Assembly (NCBI GenBank): GCA_039194325.1
Contig: JBCCWC010000004.1
Coordinates: 160,001 to 224,000, forward strand
Length of the DNA: 64,000 nt
From: Myxococcota bacterium
Lineage (GTDB): Bacteria; Myxococcota_A; Polyangia; Nannocystales; Nannocystaceae
Direction: 5' to 3'
The translations under genes were made by a program, and so were the position numbers. This document shows, piece by piece, positions 39,493 through 48,193 of the stretch (positions are counted from its first letter, which is position 1; every line of letters starts with the position of its first letter). The notes beneath the pieces were generated by a model that saw only the letters and a list, made by a program, of their open reading frames with translations, was not told the DNA's origin and ran no database searches.

Positions 39493-40257
39493 GCGGCAAG
39501 ATCTGCCTCGGGGAAGGTCTTTCCGTCAATCAGGGGGCAAACCTCCGCGGAAGATTTGCTACGATGAGTCGGTCATCTCAGGTTCCCGGCAAAGGAGGTC
39601 GCCTATGCAGCAAACCCAACCGAGTGCACTGAACCGTACAACCCGCGGCCAAGGAGGAGCCTCCTAGCCGGATCGCGGCGGGCGCTTCGATCTCGCGCTA
39701 TGCCCGAGATCGGGGCGCAGACCTGGCCCCGGCCTGGTTCGCCGCTCACCGTACTGCTCGGTCGCGCCCAATGGGCCGACCGAGCTCCGGCGCCGCCGGG
39801 CGGCGCCCATCATGACACGGGTGGGGATCCTCGCGATCCTCCCAATCGACCCCACGGCTTCGCAGGTGCGGTGCCGTGATCTCGCAGATCCGTTCGTCGC
39901 CGGATGGATCGACCCATGATCAACCCCTGACGAGCGCTCGTCGCTCGCAACACGGAACCGGATCGACCCGAGATGACCCGCGGCGGGGCTCCACGAGGAG
40001 CCCCGCCTGCGTCTGGGGCAACGGGGTGGAAAAACGGGCTGAGCCTGCGCAACCCGCGATTTTTCATAGAAAACACCGTCTCGAGGCACTGCGACGACGA
40101 TCGAACCTACTTTGTCGCTGATGTGGGGAACAGGATGACGAATGCTTGCACCCGCGGCCTACCGCGGAATTCGAGCGCGTAGGACCCGATCGACGGTTTT
40201 TTTGAGGACAACGCAATCAAGCTCGGCCGCTCCCGTACAGCGTGTCGGGAGAACCCC

Positions 40258-40452
40258 ATGAACGTAGCGATCGACGAGCGAAATGGCACTAGGCAACCGA
40301 CCGACCACCAGCTCGAGGAGATCCGCGAAGTCGCGAGGCTCCTGGAGTCGGCTCAGTGGGGCATCGAATCCTTGCTGCAACCCCAGGCCAACGCACTCGA
40401 CGGCCGGGCCAAGTCGACGCGCGAGGCTTCGTTCCGGCTCGACCAGCGATAA
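40258..40452 (+). CDS. small hypothetical protein
   Basis: GGGAG ribosome-binding site before the ATG; helical amphipathic sequence. Confidence 0.4.
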   Translation: MNVAIDERNGTRQPTDHQLEEIREVARLLESAQWGIESLLQPQANALDGRAKSTREASFRLDQR

Positions 40453-40562
40453 CGCGACGAGCGCAGGGGCGGCGGTCCCCGAGGCGAACGCGGGAAGAAA
40501 TTCGCGTGTTCCCGTGATCCGATCGGCCGCGACGGTTCACGTGTCGGGTGAGCGAGAGATCC

Positions 40563-41840
40563 ATGATTTCATCCGCCCCCCCGACCAACCCCCGCCCACG
40601 ATCCTCTGCGCGCTGGTTGCTCACGAGCGCCGTGCTGCTGGCGAGCCCCGCATGCTCGGCCGATGAGCTGCACTCACTGCCGCTCGATCCTTCGCTGGAA
40701 TTCCGCGGCACGGTCAACCACACCACCTTTCAGGCCGGCGACGTGCCGATCCTGCTCACCGTGCCTCACGACGGCAACGAGACCCCAGCGGGGGTCCCGG
40801 AGCGCACCACCCCCTATAGCGGGCTTGTCAAGAGCCGCGAGCTGCACCTGCGGGACATCGCCGTCGACGTCGCGGATCGGCTCGAGAACACCCACGGGAT
40901 CACCCCTTACCTGGTGATCGGCGAGTCCCACCGCAGGTATATCGACTACAACCGCGACGAGCTCGAGTCGCTAGGCGGCGGGGCCAACGAAGCCTACGAG
41001 ACGGCCGCGGCCGACCCCTTCTACGACGAGTACCACAGCCGGATCGACGGCTACATCACCGACATCCAGGGCACCTACGACAGCGGGCTACTCATCGACC
41101 TTCACGGCACCTCCTCGGTGCCCGACAAGATCGTCCGCGGCACCCGCAACGGCGACGCGATCTGGGAGCTGCTCGAAGGGCACGAGGTCACGGCGATCAC
41201 CGCCAGCGAGGAGCCCTACCCCGGCGAGACGGCGGCCATGGCCCAGGACGGCGACCTGAACACCCGCTGGAGATCGTGGGGCACCAACGAGTGGATCGAG
41301 TTCGACCTGGGTAGCAACAAGACGATCGCCAGCGTGGAGATCGCCATCACCCTCGGCGACGTACGCACCTACGATTTCGAGATCGAGGTGTGGGATGGCG
41401 CATCGTGGGTGATCGTCTTCAACGGCACCAACACGCAGGCCACCAACGATTTCGAGATCTACGAGTTCGCCCCGGTGGTCGGCAGCAAGGTCCGCCTGTC
41501 GTGCCACGGCAGCATCGGAGCCAACGGGAGCAAGGCCAACTACGTCAAGGAGATCCGGATCCAGGAGCACGGCTGGGATCCGATCGTCGGGCCCGGCAGC
41601 GTCTTCGGCGAGCTAGCCGACGCTGGCTATACGCTGGAGCCGCTCAACTCCGAGTACGGGACCGGCGCCGAGACGACGTTCATCGGCGGCTTCACGGTAG
41701 ACCACCACGGCAGCGAGAATGGGGGCCTCGACGCGTTCCAGATGGAGATCGGCATGGACTACCGCGACACCCAGGCCGAGCGCGACCAGCTGGTCATCGA
41801 CCTGGCCGCGGCGATCGCCAGCTACCACGCGACGTACTGA
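40563..41840 (+). CDS. lipoprotein: N-formylglutamate amidohydrolase-like domain with inserted F5/8 type C (discoidin) domain
   Basis: Lipobox SPAC; PHDG, DYNR, YH, DLHG, QMEI motifs. Insert 'AQDGDLNTRW..EWIEFDLG..KEIRI' at about 41187-41568. Confidence 0.8.
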   Translation: MISSAPPTNPRPRSSARWLLTSAVLLASPACSADELHSLPLDPSLEFRGTVNHTTFQAGDVPILLTVPHDGNETPAGVPERTTPYSGLVKSRELHLRDIAVDVADRLENTHGITPYLVIGESHRRYIDYNRDELESLGGGANEAYETAAADPFYDEYHSRIDGYITDIQGTYDSGLLIDLHGTSSVPDKIVRGTRNGDAIWELLEGHEVTAITASEEPYPGETAAMAQDGDLNTRWRSWGTNEWIEFDLGSNKTIASVEIAITLGDVRTYDFEIEVWDGASWVIVFNGTNTQATNDFEIYEFAPVVGSKVRLSCHGSIGANGSKANYVKEIRIQEHGWDPIVGPGSVFGELADAGYTLEPLNSEYGTGAETTFIGGFTVDHHGSENGGLDAFQMEIGMDYRDTQAERDQLVIDLAAAIASYHATY

Positions 41841-41878
41841 CCGAAGCCGCGCTCCGCGACCGATCCACGACGGGGAGC

Positions 41879-42772
41879 TTACTCGCGCAGCTTGCCGAAG
41901 TAGTAGCCCACGCCGATCCCCATGAAGAACCCGGCGTGGTTGCCCACCTCGAAGCCGAACCCGGGCCCGTCCTCGGTGCCCAGCCGGCTGCCGGCGCCGG
42001 TGCCCGGGTTCAGATCGGAGTCGCCGTTCTGATCGGCCTCCCGGCTGCCGGGAATGATCCGGAGCGCCAGCCCGAACTCGGGGTTGATCGACACACGCCG
42101 TCCAATGAACAGCTGGATCTTCGCCGGGATCTCCACGTCGATCTCCACCGGGGTGTCGAGGGTATTGCTCCGCTCTTCGCGTGGGATCCCCAAGAAGCCA
42201 ACGTACGTGACGACCCGAGCGCCGATCCCGAAATCGGCGTGGACCTGCTGCGAGCGCCGCCCCTGCACGGGCCAAAAGAACGCCTCGGGCCCGACCGCCA
42301 CCGCGCCGACGGTGCGCGTGCGACCGAACTCGCCGGTGTCGTCGGTCTCGCGGTGCGAGAAGGTGGCAAAGCCCGCGGTGAGCCCGATGGTGAACCGGTT
42401 GGCGACGTAGTAGCGGCCGTAGAGCGCGTTGAGCCCCGAGATCGTACGAAGCGCGCCGACGCCGAAGCGCCCCTTCATCGGCTGGCCTTTCTTTTTCTTG
42501 CCCTTACCCCCCGCACTCCCGGTCACGCCGCGACTGCTGACCGAGGCGTCGGCCTCGCCTTCGTCGTCGTCGTCGCCCGAGTCCTCGGACTTCTTGGACT
42601 TCTTGGACTTCTTGGACTTGCCGTCGCCTGCCTCGCCATCGGCCGCGTCATCGCCGTGAAGAGCGGCCTGCGCCGAGGCGGGCGCCACCAGTGCACACGC
42701 CAGCCCAAATACCAGCGCGGCACGACACGCCAGGGGACCGAGCCAGGGGACCACACCAAACCGGATGACCAT
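41879..42772 (-). CDS. outer-membrane beta-barrel-like protein
   Basis: Signal peptide ending AQA, charged KKS/DDD linker, alternating strands, C-terminal GIGVGYYF. Confidence 0.7.
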   Translation of the reverse strand: MVIRFGVVPWLGPLACRAALVFGLACALVAPASAQAALHGDDAADGEAGDGKSKKSKKSKKSEDSGDDDDEGEADASVSSRGVTGSAGGKGKKKKGQPMKGRFGVGALRTISGLNALYGRYYVANRFTIGLTAGFATFSHRETDDTGEFGRTRTVGAVAVGPEAFFWPVQGRRSQQVHADFGIGARVVTYVGFLGIPREERSNTLDTPVEIDVEIPAKIQLFIGRRVSINPEFGLALRIIPGSREADQNGDSDLNPGTGAGSRLGTEDGPGFGFEVGNHAGFFMGIGVGYYFGKLRE

Positions 42773-42820
42773 CGGCGCGAGTATACCGACCCTATGTGCC
42801 GCCATTTCGCGCGACCTTTT

Positions 42821-42860
42821 GGCGCGGTGGCGCGGTGGCGCGGTGGCGCGGTGGCGCGGT
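42821..42860. repeat. (GGCGCGGT)x5 perfect tandem repeat in a divergent intergenic region
   Basis: Directly visible. Confidence 0.9.
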
Positions 42861-43081
42861 GATGCCCACGGGCGAGGTCGACCTCGCGCATGTGGCTCCA
42901 TCATGTGGTCGACCGTCATACCGGGGCATGCCCCACGAACGCTCGTCGCCCGAACATGCAACCACGCCAATTGGGGGCCAGTGGGGCCCTCCGACCCCGG
43001 GGCCCTCCGACCCCGACGATCGGGGCCCCGGGCTCCGTTTTCGTGCCCGGAGTTCCGCGCTAGGCTGTTGGTTGGGTGAAC

Positions 43082-44914
43082 ATGATGCGACGAGCGAGGC
43101 AACGACGGAACTGGTCCGACGCGGTCCTCGGCGTGAGCGGAGGGCTGCTGCTGGCGGCCTGCGGCAACGTCAAGGGTATGGATCCAGCATCGCCGGCACG
43201 CGGGCCGGGTCAGCTGGTCGGCAACGGAGCGCCGGTCTCCGACGGCAACTTCGCCGGCGGCAACGATGCGATGCCCGACCCGCGTGGGGTGACCCCGCCG
43301 GCCCCGGGGCAAGCCCTCGACTGCGACGCGGACTGCCGGGCGTACTGCGACGGCCTGAGCCTGGATAACCCCGTCAACGCCGGGCTATGCGGCTCGGCGT
43401 GGGGCGTGGGGCTGGCCCTGCGCCCGGTCGATCGCGCCGAGGCGTGCCGGCGGCTCTACGCCGACTTCGTCGGCCGCTTCCCCACCCCCACCGAGATCGC
43501 CGAGAGTTGCGCGGCCGACCGCCCCTGGGGCGAGGTGGTCAAAGGGCTGCTCGACACCGACGAGTACCTAGTGGTCAACCAGCGGCGCTGGGCCGACAAG
43601 CTGCTCTATAACAACCGCGCGGTGAACTTCGAGCGCGCCTACGACATGGACGACCTGGTGGGCAAGACCTACCGCGGTCGCGTCGCCTGGGATCAGTTCG
43701 CCGCGGTCACCTCGGCGCACCCGGTGATCATGCGGCGCCACGACACTCCCGGCGACCGCGCCGAGTTCGTGTTCCGGTTGTTCCTCGGGCGTCCCCCCTA
43801 CGAGGCTGAGCGCGGCGATCTGGCGCGGCTTTACCGGCTGTGGACCAACGGCTACTGGACCCACCCCCACGTGGGCCTGGTGCCCGACGCGTTCATCGAC
43901 TTTCGCTGCGTCGACGCCGACGGGCGGCCCGACCCGGAGACGATGGGCGAGTGCACGAGCACCCAGTGGGGCTACCACGAGCTCACCCTCAGCCCCGATC
44001 CCCGGCGCCAGGTGGTCGACGACGAGGAGCAGGAGGGCACGATGTGGTCGGGCTACCTGACCGCCGGCGAGTGGGAGCAGCTCCAGCTGCCCGGGCGGGT
44101 GATCGCCCAGCAGCCTGCGTTCTGGGAGACGGCGGTCGACGAAGCGCTCGGGCAGTACTTCGGCTACGACCTCGGCAACGCGGTGCCCGAGGTGCGCCAC
44201 GAGCTGGTCAAGTACGTGCTGAACTATAATGGCGACATCCGCTCGCTACACTTTGCGATCGGGACCTCCTTCGCCTACCTGCAATCGAGCGAGGGTGCCT
44301 CGGCCACCGATCTGCGCTGGACCTACGGGCCGCTCAAGCAGCTCCAGGTCGAGGGCTGGATCGACACGATCAAGCACACCACCGGCGTTCGGCTGGCCCA
44401 GTGTGATCACCGGCTACCCCACCCCGACGACTATGTGGGCGAGGACGCCCTCGAGGAGGCCGGCGGCTGGGCCTATGCGCTGGTCAACCACTCGCGCTGG
44501 GACATCGACGAAGACCGCGAGGTGGTGAACGATTATCGCAACCTCGCCCGCACCCTGGGCGGCTGCCCCTCCAACGAGGTCGGGGGTCGCTTCACCACCG
44601 TGTCGGTGCTCAACACGGCGGTCCAGGAGGCCTTCGTGGCCGAGATCTGCGGGATCGGAGACGAGGAAGGGATCGATCTGGCGCGCCTTTTGCCCGAAGG
44701 GGTGCAGGCTCGCCAGGCGCTCGACCCGGCGCTGGCCCGGCAGATCCTGTCCCATCAGCAGCGCCTGTTCTTGGGGCGGGGCCTGTCTTCGGCCGAGCAG
44801 CAGCTGGCCGACGAGGCCGCCACCGCCTGCACACCGGCCCCCTGCGAGGCCCAAACCTTCGCCCGACCCGCTTGCTTTGCCCTGCTCTCCTCGTCGGAGA
44901 TGCTCTTTTACTAG
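43082..44914 (+). CDS. Cys-containing lipoprotein (DUF1549/DUF1553-like), first gene of a three-gene operon
   Basis: Lipobox LAAC; 'CRRLYADFVGRFPT..E', 'FRLFLGRPP..E', C-terminal 'CFALLSSSEMLFY'. Confidence 0.7.
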   Translation: MMRRARQRRNWSDAVLGVSGGLLLAACGNVKGMDPASPARGPGQLVGNGAPVSDGNFAGGNDAMPDPRGVTPPAPGQALDCDADCRAYCDGLSLDNPVNAGLCGSAWGVGLALRPVDRAEACRRLYADFVGRFPTPTEIAESCAADRPWGEVVKGLLDTDEYLVVNQRRWADKLLYNNRAVNFERAYDMDDLVGKTYRGRVAWDQFAAVTSAHPVIMRRHDTPGDRAEFVFRLFLGRPPYEAERGDLARLYRLWTNGYWTHPHVGLVPDAFIDFRCVDADGRPDPETMGECTSTQWGYHELTLSPDPRRQVVDDEEQEGTMWSGYLTAGEWEQLQLPGRVIAQQPAFWETAVDEALGQYFGYDLGNAVPEVRHELVKYVLNYNGDIRSLHFAIGTSFAYLQSSEGASATDLRWTYGPLKQLQVEGWIDTIKHTTGVRLAQCDHRLPHPDDYVGEDALEEAGGWAYALVNHSRWDIDEDREVVNDYRNLARTLGGCPSNEVGGRFTTVSVLNTAVQEAFVAEICGIGDEEGIDLARLLPEGVQARQALDPALARQILSHQQRLFLGRGLSSAEQQLADEAATACTPAPCEAQTFARPACFALLSSSEMLFY

Positions 44915-44930
44915 CCAGGGAGACGAGACG

Positions 44931-46319
44931 ATGAACAAGCCAAGCGATCGACTCTCGACCCTGACCCGCCGGCGTTTGCTCAAAGGCGCTGGCCTTACCG
45001 CGGCGGCGGCCGCCGCGTTCCCGCACGTGTGGGTGCCCCGTCCGGTCAAGGCCACGGTGGGCTTTGGCACGGCCAAGCACCTGGTCTACATCCGGCTGAG
45101 CGGCGGCTTCCGCTTCCCCACCGCGTTCAACGGCGACGTGGGCAACCAGTTCAATCCCTTCGGGCTGGCCAATGGCGTGGCTTCGGGCACCGAGTGGGGG
45201 GTGGGGCGGCTGCTAGGCGAGAGCGAGTGGCTCACCGAGGAGCTCACCGAGCTGGGCCTGTCGCCGGTGACCAGCTTCACCAACGAGATGGCCGTGCTGC
45301 CCTGCGTGGACCACGAGCCGCTGGCGGGCAGCGCCGACGGTAACCACAACACCGGGCTCGAGCGCTACCTCACCGGCTACGTGGGCGGCGATACCGGGCT
45401 GTTCACCATGCTCAACTACGGCCTGCGCACCGCGGTAGCCGAGGCGGCGGCCGGAGGCGAGATCCTGCTGCCCGCGATCATCATGGGCGAGTCGGGCATG
45501 GGCCGCGGCAGCGGGATCTACGGCGCCTACCGGCCGCCCGTGCTCCGCGGGGACGACCTCGATCTGTTCGACTCCAACGCCAGCTCGCAGCTGCCGCAGT
45601 GGGCCCGCAACCTGGCCGACGGCTACGACGTGCGCCACCGGGACCACGTCAACACGGCCCACTACGCCACGGTCGACGCCTACGTGCAGTCGCGCGAGGC
45701 CACCAAGGCCTACGCCGAGATCTTCGCCAGCGACATGCTCAAGGTGGGCGACGCCTCCAACGAGCCCTACGACGGGCTTTCAAATGCCGAGCTGGCCCTG
45801 GCCTTCGGCAACGGCGGAGCGGGCCGCAACGCCCACCTCGCCCTGCGCCTGTTCCACTTTGGGTGCCCGGCCGTCTACATCGACCAGGGAGGCTACGACT
45901 ACCACTCCGACGAGGAGACCGAGCTGCCCGAGCGGATCCAGGGCTTCAATCAGATGCTGTCGGCCCTCGAGTGGGCGCTCAAGCGAATGGAGCACCCCAC
46001 CGGGGGCACCTACTGGGATCACACCATCGTGGCGGTGGGTAGCGAGTTCTCCCGCTCGGCCCGCGGCGCGCCCTTCAACTCCGCCCGCGGCAGCGACCAC
46101 GGGGGCGACTACGCCACCCGCTGGATGTCGATGCCCTTCATGGGGGGCCCGATTGGGGCACGCGGCCGCAAGATCGGGAGCACCAGCGCCGCCGACCTGT
46201 CCGCCGAGGGGCCCGTGTTCTCCTACCGCTCCACGTGGAAGACCCTGATGGACGCACTAGGGGCCGAGCACGACGAGTTCTTCCCCGCCGACGAACCCTT
46301 CGACGATCTATTCGTCTGA
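44931..46319 (+). CDS. Tat-exported DUF1501-family protein
   Basis: TRRRLLK twin-Arg leader; 'LSGG', 'GGYDYH', 'SEFSRS..GSDHG'. Confidence 0.85.
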   Translation: MNKPSDRLSTLTRRRLLKGAGLTAAAAAAFPHVWVPRPVKATVGFGTAKHLVYIRLSGGFRFPTAFNGDVGNQFNPFGLANGVASGTEWGVGRLLGESEWLTEELTELGLSPVTSFTNEMAVLPCVDHEPLAGSADGNHNTGLERYLTGYVGGDTGLFTMLNYGLRTAVAEAAAGGEILLPAIIMGESGMGRGSGIYGAYRPPVLRGDDLDLFDSNASSQLPQWARNLADGYDVRHRDHVNTAHYATVDAYVQSREATKAYAEIFASDMLKVGDASNEPYDGLSNAELALAFGNGGAGRNAHLALRLFHFGCPAVYIDQGGYDYHSDEETELPERIQGFNQMLSALEWALKRMEHPTGGTYWDHTIVAVGSEFSRSARGAPFNSARGSDHGGDYATRWMSMPFMGGPIGARGRKIGSTSAADLSAEGPVFSYRSTWKTLMDALGAEHDEFFPADEPFDDLFV

Positions 46320-46339
46320 CCTGGGAGACGAGCGACGCC

Positions 46340-47746
46340 ATGCACCCACGCGCCATCCGAAGCTCGCGGCCGCGTTCGAGTTTGAGGTCGAGACTCGCCG
46401 TCGTCGCCCTGCTGGCCCTGCCCGCTGGCTGCCGTGACTTTGTCGACTACAACTCCGGTCGGATCGACTTCGAGCCCCAGCGTCCACAGATCGAAGAGCC
46501 GGGCGAGGTCGCCCCCTACGCCGGCGACGACCCGACCGTAGCGCTGGCCCAGGAGCGCTTCCCCACCGGCCTCGATCTGCACAAGAAGGTCATCTGGCGA
46601 ACCTGCACCCCCAACGGCGGGGTCTGCCACAACCGCAAGGAGTACCCCGACCTCCACACCCCGGCCAACTTCGCCGAGGCGTTCTCGGCCCCCTGCAACG
46701 TTCAGCCGGGTGAGATCGAGTCCGTCTTCGACGGCTGTGAGCGACCAGGCGACCGGATCCGCTTCGACGGCGGTGGCTTCGTCAGCGACCAGGTCGAGAT
46801 CGGCTGGGTCGAGTACCTGGTTGGCGAGTCACCAGATCTCGGCGACGTCGAGCCTCCGCTGGATGCTCCCGGCCTGCACATCCAGCTCGCGTCGCCGATG
46901 GGCGGCGATGGCAACTCGTCGTTCGGAACCGTCGACTTCATTCGAACCTTCGTAGGCGAGGACGACCAGGTCCAAGAGAGCGCCTACGCGAGCTTTCGTA
47001 CCGCGTGGACCCTCAGCGGCGATCGGCTCCACCTGTTCGGGCGTGTGCGGGAGTTTCAGGTCGATGATGCGCAGGAACTGGTCGGGGTCGGCATCGTGAT
47101 GGGCGACGCCAACCGCAACGGTGTGTTCGGTTCCCACATGAGCACACCGGCTAGCATGCTGGAGCCGGGAGATCCCTTTGGGAGCTATCTCATTGGCCGG
47201 ATGCGCGGAGTGATCCACGGCGCCGACGGCACCCCAGTGCCGGGCTCGCGTATGCCACTGGCGAACCCGCCGCTCACGGTCGACGAGATGTTGGCGTTGT
47301 TCTGTCTGGTCGAGGGCTTCCCCCAGGGTGGGGACGGCGCCGTCCTCTCGGGTCCCATCGACTACAACGCGTGCAGCTTCTCCACCGACTATGACGAGCT
47401 CAACCTGCTCGGTAACGGCGTAACCTGGGAATCACGCATCAAGCTGATCCTCGAGTTCAACTGCGGCGGTTGTCACAACGAGGCCGATCCGCAGGGAGGG
47501 ATCACCCTGCTGGGCGAAGGCGTCTACGAGCGTTTGCTCGAACCATCGGGGCAGATGTCGGACATGAACCTCATCCAACCAGGTGAGCCTGAAAACTCCT
47601 ACTTGTATCTCAAGCTCGTTGGAGATGATCGGATTGAAGGCAGACAAATGCCGTACAATCCTCTTACGGGAGAAGGTTCGCTCAACCAAGCCGAGCTGGG
47701 CGATATCGAGACCTGGATCACTCAAGGGGCCATCGAGAACGAGTAG
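46340..47746 (+). CDS. c-type cytochrome lipoprotein
   Basis: Lipobox PAGC; CTPNGGVCH and CGGCH motifs; 'PG.P..SYL..K...MP....L...I.TWITQGA' tail. Confidence 0.8.
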   Translation: MHPRAIRSSRPRSSLRSRLAVVALLALPAGCRDFVDYNSGRIDFEPQRPQIEEPGEVAPYAGDDPTVALAQERFPTGLDLHKKVIWRTCTPNGGVCHNRKEYPDLHTPANFAEAFSAPCNVQPGEIESVFDGCERPGDRIRFDGGGFVSDQVEIGWVEYLVGESPDLGDVEPPLDAPGLHIQLASPMGGDGNSSFGTVDFIRTFVGEDDQVQESAYASFRTAWTLSGDRLHLFGRVREFQVDDAQELVGVGIVMGDANRNGVFGSHMSTPASMLEPGDPFGSYLIGRMRGVIHGADGTPVPGSRMPLANPPLTVDEMLALFCLVEGFPQGGDGAVLSGPIDYNACSFSTDYDELNLLGNGVTWESRIKLILEFNCGGCHNEADPQGGITLLGEGVYERLLEPSGQMSDMNLIQPGEPENSYLYLKLVGDDRIEGRQMPYNPLTGEGSLNQAELGDIETWITQGAIENE

Positions 47747-47807
47747 CCGGGAATCCCACGAGTCACCACCGGGGGACGGCCGCGACGGCGGGGGCCGTCG
47801 CGCCAAT

Positions 47808-47845
47808 GGGCGAGACCGATGAACCCGTCGGGCTCGCCCTTTTTT
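47808..47845 (+). terminator. intrinsic terminator of the 43082-47746 operon
   Basis: GGGCGAG..CCGATG-loop-CGTCGG..CTCGCCC stem followed by TTTTTT. Confidence 0.7.
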
Positions 47846-48193
47846 CGTTTCACACTAAGCGGCCATCACCATGAGCGGTGGCCGCTCGGCTCGGACCCGG
47901 TCACGATGGACGGATCGAGTCGATCCGGCTTTTTGCTTCGAGTGTCTGCTCCGGATCCTGACTCCATTGTCCTGCTTCGGGTTTCTGCTTGCTCCGGGTT
48001 CTTGGCTCCGGGCCGTCGATCCTGACCCAGGCCGAACGTCGACGGTGCGGGTGGGGCCGGTCCCGGGGCCGCATTGGCCCACGCTCCGCAAATGCAGCAC
48101 GCTCGGAGTGAAGGCGCCCGAAGAGCCGAAAAACGGCCTCTACGAGGCTGTTCCGTGTTACGGCGTTTTTCCAGCTACCATGCCCCGGTCGAC

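Noticed and set aside
39493..39700. Lysine riboswitch upstream of lysA
   Set aside because: The conserved L-box elements were not recognisable on the minus strand. An Rfam RF00168 search would be decisive.
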